In this document: one piece after another, positions 1 to 12,779 of the stretch
How the letters are laid out: each line of letters begins with the position of its first letter
Numbering within the stretch: position 1 is the first letter of the stretch
From: Felis catus
Lineage: Eukaryota
Direction of reading: 5' to 3'
Length of the DNA: 64,000 nucleotides
Assembly (NCBI RefSeq): GCF_018350175.1
Contig: NC_058368.1
Coordinates: forward strand, 113,276,001-113,340,000
Program-made: the position numbers and the translations under genes
Notes under the pieces: generated by a model
The model's input: only the letters and a program-made list of their open reading frames with translations
Told to the model about the DNA's origin: nothing
Databases searched by the model: none

Positions 1-60
1 TCTCCCTCCCTCTCTCTTTCTCTCTCAAAATAAATAAACAAACTTATATATAAAAAACAA
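1..60 (+). mobile_element. 3' tail of a CAN-SINE cut by the window edge
   Basis: (CT)n followed by caaaataaataaacaaactt and an A-rich tail. Confidence 0.75.
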
Positions 61-69
61 AAACAAAAA

Positions 70-1930
70 TCCACGGAGGATTAGAGAGCAAATGACAGTT
101 ACAGAGAAGAGGCAAAGGGATGCCTACATGTGCATGATGGAAGCCTTTGAAGAAACAAGGGAAAACAATGCAACAGGGCATATATTTAAAATAGAATTTG
201 TTAAACCATTTCTGAAATAAAACGAGATGAACCTACATATTGAAAAGGCACAGCATTAGCCAGAAAAACAACAACAACAACCTGGAATGGCCAGTACTAG
301 GATTTTTTCTAATGATGTTACTGGATTTTAAAAATAAATATTGATCCAATAGCAGAAAAGATATCCATGGAACACATGAGAGAGAAAAAAAAAATAAGTC
401 TGCCCTCAGATCTCAAATAGCAATATTCCAAGTCAGAATCTAGTGGAGCAACATCTAGAAGAAAGTCAGGAAAAAGTTGAACCAAAACTTTTGTATCCCC
501 ATGAGCTAAGAATAAATGGTACAGAAAACTGGTTTTGAGCATACAGTGACTTGGGGAGAATGGTTTCCATGAGTCGTCCATAGGAGCTACTGGAGGACTC
601 ACTGTGGTCAACTATGGAGAGGACTTGGGAAATGCAATTATTTATGAATGAACAAAGGTGGAGGAGATTAGGGTGAGAGATGAGAATGCAAAAAAGAAAA
701 AAAAAAAGAGGAAGGGAAAAAGATGCACTGTATGGCTACTGTGCTGATTGCCTCATATACAGTAGTTCGGGGATCAGATAAAAGCATCAAAAAACGGGGC
801 GCCTGTGTGGCTCAGTCGGTTAAGTGTCTCACTTCGGCTTAGGTCATGATTCACGGTCCGTGGGTTTGAGCCCCGCGTCGGGCTCTGTGCTGACAGCTCA
901 GAGCCTGGAGCCTGCTTCAGATTCTGTTCTCTCTCTGTCTCTGCCCCTCCCCTGCTTGCACTCTGTCTCTCTCAAAAATAAACATTAAAAATTTCTTTTA
1001 AACATGAAAAAATGACAAATTAAGTAACAAAAGAGTGACTATATTTTATAGAACAAAGGGAAACTTTTAGAGGAAATTATATTAACTATTATCAAGTGAT
1101 AGAAGAAAGGGAGGTGAAGTGAAAATGGGAAAGAAAGAGGAAGAATCCTATTAATTTTATTGCCATTTAAAGTGGTAACATCCCTGAGTATCAGAAGAAT
1201 TATACACATGCCCTCCGTCCACACACAGAAAATAGTACACACAGTGAGGAAAAAAAAAATAAAGGAAAACAGAATCAGAAATAACAGAGGTGGTAGAACC
1301 AAACATAATTTTTTATATCAATAAATCTAAATGGCTTAAATTCAGCTCTTCAAAGCATAAGATTTTATTTTTACAGAGTCACAGAGGAAAACCCAACTCC
1401 ATACAGATTACAGAAGGCCTGTAGCAATGACAAAGTGATTCAGAAAGATTGCTACCTGTGTTTTGACCCCAAAATTCCACTTTGAGACTATAATCTACAA
1501 GTATGCACATATGCGTGTTTGAAGTAACATGTATACAGCTATCCATTACAGCATTATTTCCAATGGCAAAAGGCTAGAAGTAATTGAGATGTCCATGCTT
1601 ATATCAATGATAGTACATCTACCCGATGGAAAACTCTTAACAGCTATCTGTATAATATGCAAGGATCTCCAAGATACATTAAGTTAAAAAAGCAAAGTGT
1701 ATCAAAACTCCACTATCTGTGTTAAAAAGGGACCATAAGAATCTGAACCAGTGTTCACTTTGAGATGCAAGGAACTCTTTAAGGATGTACAATAAACTAA
1801 ATAAGAATGGCCTCTGCTTTATGGGGAGTAGGAGGTGGACAGACGGCAGCCAGGAACGGGAGGAAGAATTCCTGCACTCCTTGTAATACTCTTTGGTTGT
1901 GATGTGAATATACACCTCCTTGAAAAATTT
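70..1930 (+). mobile_element. Highly decayed ancient L1 (L1M-type) fragments: ORF1-like, ORF2-start-like and 3'-end-like pieces, interrupted by a SINE
   Basis: A-rich strand. Motifs resemble L1 ORF1 (aacctacatattgaaaaggcaca), the ORF2 start (aaatctaaatggcttaaattc...cccaact) and the 3' region (tttgaccccaaaattccacttt...cattacagcattattt). Confidence 0.55.
796..1000 (+). mobile_element. CAN-SINE (SINEC, felid)
   Basis: ggggcgcctgtgtggctcagtcggttaag tRNA-like head, (CT)n linker, aataaa tail. Confidence 0.95.
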
Positions 1931-4900
1931 AAGTCTGTTTCCTTGTGTGTCTCCCCCACTAAGCTGTGTGCTCCCTGCATCTCCTTGGCACTGAGCTCAA
2001 GGCCAAAATCACGCAAGTGTCCAATTGAGGTTTGTTGGCTGGAAGAACAAATGAATGAACAAATGCAGTGGGGGTGAGGGCTCTGAGGTGGCAAAAAGCT
2101 CCAGTGGTATGAGCCCCAGAGACCCATGAACTGTGTAACTCGGGACAGTTTGCACTGATTCATCAGTTCTAATTCCACATGCTAGTAACATTTTTCTTTT
2201 TAACCCCAAGGGGGAAAATAATCCCCAATACTTTTTTTTTTTTTAATCAATACAATCTGTGTGCTGTTCTCCATCCTGCCCTGTGACCTTGGATAGGCCG
2301 AAATTCAATTCCAGCACTCCCTGAGTCAGACACTCTGGGGGATGCAGAGATGATTAAGACACAGCCCTTGCCCGGTGCTCAGTGTCCCCTCTCCTTGTTT
2401 GTAAAAGGAGAACGTTTTCCCTGTACTGAGTTGGTAGAATTTTAACGATGAAGGCTTGAGCCACTTTCTCTCTCAAAATGCTCCTTCCTGGAGAACCAAG
2501 GTTCAGTTCAAGTATTTGTTCGTCTGTCGAGTCTTCTCTCCACCTTCCAGGAGGATTCGACTGCCCCTCCTGGGGTGTCCCCAGGGCCTCAAACTTCCAG
2601 TTCCGCTTTTCTGTGCTATGCCACAACCTGTCATCCCTTCTGGACTCTGAGAGCCGATGTGGCAAGGATTCTGCCACAGTCGCACATGTAACTATCCTGG
2701 CAGAGTGTCTGGTTATAAGCAGACACTGATATATGTTTGGAGAAGGCACAGAGAAGATAACGTGAATCCTTGGAGCTAGGTGAAAACACTGCCCCCATCA
2801 CCCACCTAAAAATACCAAGAATAAACATGGTGAACAGGTCAAATAAAAAAGTGTGCCACTGAGCATGGATGCAGGGGTGAGTCATAACTATCAGAGAGAC
2901 AAATAGCTTCCAGCCAACAGGAGATCGTGTTTCATTGGGGGCAAGAGGGAGAGAGAAACACATATGTGCCTGACTTAATTAAGGCGACTGTACCCAGAAA
3001 CACACACTGTTCCACTGTAGCCCCAGGATGCCTGGGAAGGCGATCCTACTCTCCACTTCACATTTGAGAACACCACGGCCTACATAGGTTAGAGGCTGCC
3101 CATTCTTATCTCCACACCCCCCAACATACACATAAAGGCCAAGGCTGGCATTTCAACCCAGGACCGAATGCTTACGGGAAGGGTGGCCTGATTCTTCCAC
3201 CACAGATACCATGGGGAATCTCTTGCCCAAACAAAGGAATTATGAGGAAGCCCGGAAGCTAGGAGTTCAAGGGTTCACAGGCTGAAATGGGGCCCATGGG
3301 CTTACATATAGGCACTAACCCAACTGCTAACACCTCAGCCTACAGCAGCAGGGCACCCCTGGCATCTCATTTTCATGTTACTTTGTAGATTGTGATAGAG
3401 GGATGCTAGAAGGATCACAAGCACCTGGCTGGTTTCACCACTGGCTTCTCACTCTTGTCTGGATAGTTACCACTAAGTAATTTCATTTATCTGTGTCTCC
3501 GTGAGCTTATTTGGAAACCATGGAATGCTGCTTACAGAAAATTAAGCTTCATTTTCTTTAAGCACCCAGCCACTAGTGCAGGCAGGAGATGGTGATTTGG
3601 AGGTAACTGGCTTATGCATATGTAAACATGATGCATTTAGCAAATTATGTAGACTTCACACTTCACAGCATTGAGGCAAACAAAAGTCCCTTCCAAAGAA
3701 ACTGTAGTGCAATAGAGTCATTCTGAAAAGAATATAGAGCTATTGGTCTGTAAGAACAGTTGAACTCAGCTAAGAACAGAAAATAATGGTTTACAGTGTG
3801 CAGCATGGGGTGGCCACAAGCCCAATGTGAACACGTCTAGTTTTAAGTGGTGTTAAGGCGTCTCTAAGGACTTCAGAGAATTCTAGGCCACAATGTGCCT
3901 GGAGATTGAGCTCATGGTGTGACGAGGCTGAACATTTCAAACTCAATTCCACCGTGACTCTTATGCTTCGCACAATTTCCCAGCATATGTTTTTCTTCTT
4001 GGGCCTAGAGAGAAAATTCTAGGTCGACCTTGAGCTCAAAAGCACCGCCACAGTTGAAACACCCCTGCTGTCTGTCGCACACCTTCCCTGTTCTCTGCTG
4101 GGGCTGCTGCTTCATTCTCTGCCAATAGGACACCAGCAAGACACTGCCTGCAGATGTGATTACAAGTCTCCCTCTACTAAGGGTAAACTTACAGGCCAGC
4201 ACAGTGAGTGGACTTTAGGACAAACCCAAACAAAGAAACAGACAAACAAACCAAAACCAAAACTGGATGGGGAAGGGTGCTGAGCTTGGGGGTTTCCAAT
4301 CGCAGACCAGAAGGAACAGTGGCTCTTCTGTCTGTAGGCACCCCGTCCACGCACGGCTAACCTGAGGAGCTCCAATGGCCAGCTGTCGCCTACGAGGGAA
4401 GGTGGCACCCATGCAGCTTGGCTTGTGTCCCACTTATCCACAATAATGGCAGGAATAATAATTTGTCTCAAGAGCTGCCGTATATTAAATACCTACTATT
4501 GCTAACAAGTACTTTGCCTTCATTGTTTCCATTTAATTCTGGTGATCACTTGTCAGAGTCATTATTTCTCTTACTGATATGGAAACTGAAGCATAAAGAG
4601 GTTCAGTGGCTTTTTTCTAGCTGCCACTGAGTGCTTATTACACGACAGGTGCTACGCATAGAAGGAAGACCTCACCGTATCATCACACCTACGAGGTAGA
4701 GAGTAGAGACTTTCATCAATATCCGCTGGGAACTGGAAAAAGTTGTATCACACGTCCAAGGTCAAGCTAATAAATGGTAGAGCTGGGAGTCACATTTGGG
4801 TCACAGCCACAGCCATGTCTGTCCTGCTGTGTCCTGTGTTCTCACCATGTGAAAAGAGGTTCCCGTTGCCAGAAAATGAGGAAGAGCTAGAGAGGCAGCT

Positions 4901-5019
4901 GCTTGGGCATGCAGAAACCATCCTGTTTTCTGGGACCCAATGCTTCTCTCCTTTCTCTCCCTAACTTCCTCCCGGACACACATGCATGCACGCACGAACA
5001 GACCCACAGGGTTTCAGGT

Positions 5020-5200
5020 GATAGACTCGTAAAGCCTAACAACTCTTTGAGGCGGGCACTATTATTATTCCCGTTTTACAGCTATGGAGACTGAGCTTGG
5101 AGATGTTACTCCAACTAATCAAATTCAGCAAAACATAAAGTAGGAGGCTCGAGGTATGCACCAAGGATGTCTGACTCCGGGCCCCATACTCTTAGCCAGG
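5020..5200 (-). mobile_element. MIR fragment
   Basis: attattcccgttttacagctatggagactgag...tctgactcc matches the MIR core in reverse orientation. Confidence 0.6.
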
Positions 5201-5779
5201 AGGCCCTACGGTAGTTCATCTAATAATGAGAGACAGGGTATTGATGGTCCGGGAGCTGTTTCTAATTAAGATGCTGTCTCATGATGAGAAACACACACTG
5301 AAAATTATGGCCCTTTAGTCGATTTTATATAAGACGTAAGTCAAGTGAGTACAGACGGCTTCAAGATTTAGTTGTACCATTAGGAACAACACAAGACTTC
5401 TAACACTCAAAAAAGACAGCGCCAAAACAAAACAAACAAAAAACAAACCTGGAGGCCAACGTCCAATCATAGGGATTAGATTATGGGTCACAAATAGGTT
5501 AGAAAGCTGAGAGGCCATTACAAAGAAAGACAAAGAAGGATAGGACATACAAACGCCTTGCAACTTATTAGATGGCAAGAGCAGAATACAAAAGCATCTA
5601 CGGTTTGATGTCACGTTACTTTGGTAACATGACATGGGGAGTGAGGCCATGTGGAGAGAGAAACCGAGTCGGAGACAAAGCAGAGAGGTGAAGCTATATA
5701 CAATGAAAAGTAAACAGTGGGTCTAGTACGTCTGGGGTGATCTTTGTTGCTGCTTTCCTTTTACTTGTGGCTGTTTTCT

Positions 5780-5999
5780 TTTTTTTTTAATTTTTTTTTC
5801 AATGTTTATTTATTTTTGGGACAGAGAGAGAGCATGAATGGGGGGAGGGGCAGAGAGAGAGGCAGACACAGAATCGGAAACAGGCTCCAGGCTCCGAGCC
5901 ATCAGCCCAGAGCCGGACGCGGGGCTCGAACTCACGGACCGCGAGATCGTGACCTGGCTGAAGTCGGATGCTTCACCGACTGCGCCACCCAGGCACCCC
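5780..5999 (-). mobile_element. Young Felis-type CAN-SINE
   Basis: Full-length reverse copy; TSD tgtggctgttttct at 5766-5779 and 6002-6015. Confidence 0.97.
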
Positions 6000-7093
6000 A
6001 ATGTGGCTGTTTTCTAACGGCCTACAGTAAGTAAACATCCGTTATTTTATGATTTTTACCAAGTTGTTTTTTAAGCCTAAGAAGGTGTATGTAGGCGAGG
6101 GTCCGACAAAAAGAGAGCCCAACGAGGCTCAGAAAAGATTGCGGGAGACCAGACCAGCATTTTCCAGACTTTAGAGCGCATGGGTATTTCCAGAAAGGAG
6201 TTACATTTGGCAAATGAAATCCATTTGGCAAACACTCTCTCTCTCTTTAGTGACTTGAACTGTCGAGTCTCAGGTTAACGAGAGCTCCTTCACACGGGCT
6301 TCAGCGGGAAGATTTTATAGGACCACAGAATTTATAGGACCACAGAACACTTGTGGGTGTGCGTAGGACATGATATCTTACAGCTCCAAGGGGCCCACCT
6401 TGGGCAGTGTTTGCTCACAGCTCATTATTTATTCATCTCCACAGTCTGTGCCTAGTCAACATGCCAACCTCTCCCTCCCAGGAATTCCCTTCTCTAACAC
6501 CTATGACACTAACGAAGTTTTTCTCTCAGCACCTCCTCCTCTCAACATTTCCAGAACGGAAGGAAAAGCGGGAGAAATATTCTTCTTCCTTTTAGGCAGG
6601 GGACACCCGGATCCGTGGCTGTCATCTCAGGTCAGAATCTCTGGTGATGCACGAAACACCAAGCTTCCTCAGTGATGCTGCGGCCCCAGAAGCATTACGC
6701 TGAGTGGTATACTTTATACAAGAACTTGTTTGGCGCCCTACTGGCCAGCCTGGATACTTCTCAGAGAAGGTCAGCAGGTGGCTGAGGCAGTGGCGGCTGA
6801 TACGCTGGAACAGCACGCAGTGGGGCAGTACTGAGGCCTCTGACTATGTGGGTTCCCTGTTGAACCCGCTTTTACTTGGCCATGTGGTCCCTAGTGGCAC
6901 TGTGGCCTAAAGACACTTAGGTTTACACATGTGTCCCTGCTAGTCCAAGGGTGGTGACCTCAGGGCATCAAGATTTGGGGTGTTTCCGGAAATGTGGCCT
7001 CAGACAGAATCCACCATTTCAACAGTTAAGCCTGCTGTGTCCAGATTACAAATGTTCAAGACGGAAGGTGAGGAGAGAGACCCTCTTAGTTCC

Positions 7094-7304
7094 CAGAGCT
7101 CTGTTTGGAAAAGGGACTTTCTGTGTCAATATATCTGAGATTATCACCCAGAATGGAATGTGTACACAGCTAAAACTCATTAATCCAATGTTCGACATCA
7201 AGGGATATAAAAATCCTGATGGGAACAAACTCCCAAGAGGGTCACAATACATCCTCTTGTATTTTCTTTTTAAATCTTGTATCACGACGTGAAAACCCTC
7301 ACTG
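7094..7304. mobile_element. hAT-type non-autonomous DNA transposon, MER105-like
   Basis: ~210 bp bounded by cag...cactg. Internal sequence (ctcattaatcc...gggaacaaactcccaagagggtcacaatacatcctctt) resembles the recalled MER105 consensus. Confidence 0.55.
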
Positions 7305-10229
7305 ACTGCAAGAGAAACCACCCATTTCTCTGACGGGCATAAATTTTTTTGTATGTAGTGACAGTCTGGCCAGGAAAGCCTGTCAGGGTGAATGGACAAA
7401 GGCCAAATTCATGTGGAGGTGACTTCTCTAGGATGCACGGTTCTGATCCTATGAAAGTAGGCTGGGATTGATTCCAACAGTCTCTGTGAGCCCACTGTTG
7501 TGGGCAACAGTGAATTCTAAAAGACTCATTTTTCCAATTTTACCAAGAGGGGGCTTAAGTAGTTGTGGAGAAGAGTTTGTAGCGTGGTTATCTTGGGAAA
7601 GAGAGATCGGCCCGCCTTTTCAAGAGCAGAGCGAGGATCCAAACACTGCTAACATCAACGACGCTCACATTCTTATCCAGGGTTCGTTCACCTCTAGAGC
7701 TTCTTCTCCTAAACAGAAGGCTGAAGGAGCCAGAAGCCCTGCTGGGAGGCACAGCCAGGGCTCTAAGAGGTCCTGCTTCCGACACTGTGGCCCCCTTGTT
7801 GGGTCTCCACGGGGAAGGCCAATAGGCCTGTCTGGCTGTGTGGACACATGTGGAGGGCCAGGGTCTCCTGCTGCCCTCCTCACTCCCATGTCACATGGGA
7901 CAGATGTGTTCTGGGCCGTGTCTGGGGTCTGCACCCCTGGGGGCATGAGGGAAAGGGGAGGCCCCTAATAGCACTGGGTTTTTCTGGTTTTTTGCTTGTT
8001 TATTTTTTATATCACCAGGTCCGGACACCATTTCCAACAGCGCTGACCCTGTAGGACATGGCTGAACTTGACGACACATGGCTTTGAAAGAAATCCGGTC
8101 AGATCTGAGGGGTATGGAGGGAAAGACAAGACAAAGCATCCACGTCCTGGACCCAAGACTTGGAATCTGAAGGACATTCTTACTGAAATGGCCCAAGTCA
8201 GGCAGGCCAATGTTGCTGCTGTATAAGGGAGAAAACCTAAGGCGGATGGGGTTATGGAATCATGACAGCGATGCCTCTATGGAACAAGGCCACTCTGTGC
8301 TGCAAAACCAGACCACTGACCAACGCTTGTGGGTTCACCTTGGGACCTTTAGAGACAGGAGTATCACTGACAATCTGTTGGGGTCTCCTTGTGAGCTCTA
8401 AGAGGGCCCTCGTGTAGAGACTGGCACAATGGTATTCCCACCTCACACTCCGCCATGAAGATTAAATGATGGTCATGCAATGCCTCGAGCATGAGCATGG
8501 TACCTGGTGGGTGTTGAACAGGTAGGGTTCTTCTAGAACACTCACTCTCTGGCTTGCTTGCTTAGGACGCTTCACAAGGGAGGAGTTGAATCACCAATGC
8601 ACGTGTATGTTCAAACTCAAATGCTATTTCCAAAATAAGCGCACTTTAAAAATCTGTGGAAAATAGATTCACACCAAAAAGCAGAACCCGGATTGTAAGC
8701 ACGTGGAGATATCTGACAGTTCAGCTTGCCACCAACCAGCGTCTGGCAGTGTAAGAGGATGCGGTTTCTTAAAGCAATTTCCTAGCTCTCCCACGGTTTT
8801 GACCACAGTGGTCTGGTATGCTTTTTCCACACTTCTGGATGGAAGCCAACTAATGAATCTGCAGGTTAAAAGTTCGATGGAGAAAAGACTGTTCAGGCTC
8901 CAAATGAGGCTGTCCAGGACTCAAGTCAGAAGAGAACCAAAGAATCAGAACTACTAGCCCAATATGGACCCATAGAGACAGCAACGTGACAGTGTCCCGA
9001 GGGAGGCCCAAGAAGGGAACTGGGAATGACGAGGGCTTAGTGTGGGGTACAGGTGTTGAACCAGTCCCGTGAACTCAAGCACATCTGGGATTCTGGAGAG
9101 CTTTTCCTGCCATCTCCAGAAGGTCCACAGGCCCCAGGTCATGTGGCACAGTTTTCCTCTCTCACTCGTGTGCTTAGCATCAGTGAATAGAAGAACAGAG
9201 AGCTGAGGACAGGAGGAGCCCCCCAGCCCAGTGCTTTATGGGAGTTGGCCTGTGACAGGCACTCTCAGAGCTTCCAGGGACTTAGGTGAATGAAGGTAGG
9301 GTGCTCAGCTTCCCCAGAATGGGGAGTGAAACAGAGTCACCATGGACCACAGGGAGAAGCACATGTGATTTTCGGTTTTCAGTCCATCTCGCTACCAGAC
9401 TACAAGACCTGTACGTACCGTTATATCTCTGTCTCTCTGATGGTGGTACTTTAAAATGGTAGGAGCTTAGTATACAGTTGCTACTGGTGACCAGTGAAGA
9501 GGGACTGAGTCTTTGCTACTTTGCTACAAGGAAGTTGCTACATCCTTGCTACTTTTCTGAGGCAGATTCCAAGGGAAATGTTTGAATAACCGAAAAAGTC
9601 ACAAAAGACGACTAGGGTCAAGATTCTATTATTCCCCAAACCAAGCTATGTGGGTGTGTATAAACAAATAACATATGAAGAGCTTCTTCACTCTAATAAT
9701 GTTTTAAAATACATGATAACATTGAAAGAATATTTACATGGAAACAACAAACGATATAAAACCTTGTAAAATAACCTAATGAATGTCTTAAGGAACATTA
9801 CAATGCAAGTATTCAACCAATGGCATCATTGCATTTGTTATTTTCAAAGAAAAGAGAGCAAAGAGTTTAAACCTCACCTGACAACACACATCAAAGGAAG
9901 TCTCACACGGATTAAAGGCTTAAGGTAAAAACTAGTAACAGTACCAACTATTAGAAGATGAATAAAGGAGGAGTCTGTACATATCAAAGCAATGAAAGAA
10001 AGTATTAATGAAACAGAACAAACATTAAAGGTGTGTGTTCATTAAAGGACTTGCCACAGCCCTACACGGTGGAAGAGAGCGCCGTGGACAACCAGCCACA
10101 ATCCCATCCAATTGCCATGCAAACAGGTGGAGCCTGGGAGCTCTGCAAATTGCAAGTCAACTGCAAGGCTCCCAAAGCCCAGAAGGGAATCCCCGGCTTT
10201 CCCTGCCCAGCATCAGCTTTCACCTGGAA

Positions 10230-10414
10230 CAGGGGATCGCCAATGTTGCACCCCCCAGGCGACATGTGGTATAGTCTGGAGATATGGAGGCTGTCACAAC
10301 CGCAATGGTACTCCCAGCAGGAATGCTGCAAACATCCTACACCAACCAAGAGAGACCCTGGAGCAAAGAATGACCTGACCCAAAACGTTAGTAGAGCCAA
10401 GGTGAAGAGCCATG
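10230..10414 (+). mobile_element. MER20 (hAT-Charlie MITE)
   Basis: cccccaggcgacatgtgg...tctggagat...tgtcacaac...atgctgcaaacatcctaca...aaagaatgacctgacccaaaacgttagtagagccaagg follows the MER20 consensus colinearly. Confidence 0.8.
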
Positions 10415-10706
10415 CCCTGGAAGAGAAAAGGCAGTTACCCTGTGGTGACTCATGCCTCACAGTGACGACTGCCCAGGTGAAGAGAGGAAGAAAGGGACAC
10501 AGGTCCAAACCTTGAGACTACCAGTGGAAGGTGGAAAAACCAGTAGGTTAATCCCTGCCATAAGCCGCATAAAGCTTCATCTTGAATACAGTCGTAGCTT
10601 GCTGCGGCCTTCGCCTTGTCCACGACCTCCAGCACACCTTACGGTGCTCACGAGTAACGACATTCTTGGAAAGGTGTGACGACAGCCTATTAAATATGCA
10701 GATAGA

Positions 10707-10910
10707 GAGCACCTGGGTGGCTCAGTCGGTTAAGCGGTTAAGCGTCTGACTTTGGCTCAGGTCATGATCTCACAGCTCCTGAGTTCGAGCCCCACGTCGG
10801 GCTCTGTGCTGACAGCTCAGAGCCTGGAGCCTGCTTCGGATTCTGTGTCTCCCCCTCTCGCTGCCCCTCCCCGCCTCTCAAAAAATAAATAACACTAAAA
10901 AATTTGTTTT
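10707..10910 (+). mobile_element. CAN-SINE (older subfamily) with internal 8-bp duplication (cggttaag x2)
   Basis: SINEC body; decayed TSD taaatatgcagataga / taaatatacagacaga. Confidence 0.95.
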
Positions 10911-11014
10911 TAAATATACAGACAGATTGTATGGATCTGTACACCCGGAGAAGGGCGACAGAGGAGACAAATCACCCCAACAGGCCCACCAGTCCAGTTA
11001 AAAACTCTATAGGA

Positions 11015-11245
11015 GGGGCGCCTGAGTGGCGCAGTCGGTTAAGCGTCCGACTTCAGCTCAGGTCACGATCTCGCGGTCCGTGAGTTCGAGCCCCGCGTCG
11101 GGCTCTGGGCTGATGGCTCGGAGCCTGGAGCCTGTTTCCGATTCTGTGTCTCCCTCTCTCTCTGCCCCTCCCCCCCCCCCGTTCACGCTCTGTCTCTCTC
11201 TGTCCCAAAAATAAATAAACGTTGAAAAAAAAAATTAAAAAAAAA
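11015..11245 (+). mobile_element. CAN-SINE (Felis-type)
   Basis: Full head, body and tail; TSD aaaaactctatagga / aaaaagtctacagga. Confidence 0.97.
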
Positions 11246-12115
11246 AAGTCTACAGGAATACTCGGTCTCCTCTCCTTCTTTTGTTTTCCTGCAACTTCAT
11301 TACGAGGTATATTTTATTTGTTTTATCTCGCCTTACTATCCCAACGTTTATTATAATATTTTTTGAATGTATGTTTTACCTTCATTTGCCTTTGTTCCTC
11401 TCCCTTTTTTTCCACAATGTGTCCCTGAATTACTTTTAAAAAGAAATATTAAAAACAGCCTAAGTTACTATAAATGATAATTTAAAACACAAGTTGGAAA
11501 ACACTTTGAAGAAAGGCAGGCTCAATATTCTTAATATATAAAGAGTTCTTTCAAATCAATAGGGAAACCATTAGGAATGTAACTGAAAAATTGACAAAGG
11601 GTATGAACAAATGCTTTGGTGAAAGAAGAAATACAAATGGCCAATAAACACTTCTGAAAAAAACATTTGACTTCAATACTAATAAAAAAATGGAAATGGA
11701 AGTAACAAATACTTATAAAATTGGCAAACATTACAAACATAATTGCTGTTCATATAGGCTGGGGTGGCAAGTGAATGCAAATCATCCAATCTTCTTGAAA
11801 ATCATTTTGATTATGAGTAATTTTAAAAAGAAATAACTGGCTTCTAATTATAAATGCTACACTTGCTTTTGCAGAAAGTTTATAAAATACTGAAAAGCAT
11901 AAAAATGAGAATCAGAATAGGCTCGCACTTCAGCAACTGAGAAACAAATAATTGTAACTTTCTTCTATGTTTTTCTCAGTCTTTTTAAGGGCATCTTTGT
12001 GTGTGTACTGTGTTGTATGTACAGTTTGCTACGGTGCTTTTTTCATTTCATACCGTGTGTGAGCATGATCCTGTGTCATTGCGTCATCTTTAAAAATGTA
12101 ACTTATGATTGTATA

Positions 12116-12322
12116 GGGGCGCCTGGGTGGCGCAGTCGGTTGAGCGTCCGACTTCAGCCAGGTCACTATCTCGCGGTCCGTGAGTTCGAGCCCCGCGTCG
12201 GGCTCTGTGCTGACAGCTCAGAGCCTGGGGCCTGCTTCTGATTCTGTGTCTCCCTCTCTCTCTCTGCACCTCCCCCACTCATGTTCTGTCTCTCAAAAAT
12301 AAACGTTAAAAATTTTTTTACA
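12116..12322 (+). mobile_element. CAN-SINE
   Basis: Full-length; 25-bp flanking direct repeat with 3 mismatches (12091-12115 / 12323-12347). Confidence 0.97.
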
Positions 12323-12391
12323 TAAAAATGTAATTCATGATTATATAATAAGTCACATGGATACATCTATATAATAAGCCACTCGCCTTCT

Positions 12392-12615
12392 TTTTTTTTT
12401 TTAATTTTTTTTTCAACTTTTATTTATTTTTGGGACAGAGAGAGATAGAGCATGAACGGGGGAGGGGCAGAGAGAGAAGGAGACACAGAATCGGAAACAG
12501 GCTCCAGGCTCCGAGCCATCAGCCCAGAGCCTGACACGGGGCTCGAACTCACGGACCGCGAGATCGTGACCTGGCTGAAGTCGGACGCTTAACCGACTGC
12601 GCCACCCAGGCGCCC
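12392..12615 (-). mobile_element. Young Felis-type CAN-SINE
   Basis: Perfect TSD agccactcgccttct (12377-12391 / 12616-12630). Confidence 0.97.
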
Positions 12616-12779
12616 AGCCACTCGCCTTCTATGGGACATGTCGTTTTTTTACTCTTTTGTTTCTGTGTGTCATCAACAAGGCTGTGAAAAGATCATTGTG
12701 ACTCAGATTTTTCTGTACCTTTAATAATTGCTATTTGCCGAAGTTATTCTTCGCATAACAGGAAAACACATCTATTGTG

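Noticed and set aside
5744..6034. Recurring ORF family (GRGRERGRHRIGNRLQA..., AQSVKRPTSAQV..., APGWRSRLSVRLQPG...) here and at ~11026, 12090, 15559, 25102, 36139, 42955, 45152 and 53312
   Set aside because: These are translations of CAN-SINE copies, not a protein family.
7468..7968. 166-aa ORF (and similar 140-170 aa ORFs at 10033, 27883, 52430, 54739 and 61162)
   Set aside because: No recognisable domains. Several overlap repeats (MER20, SINE), and such lengths arise by chance in GC-richer mammalian DNA.
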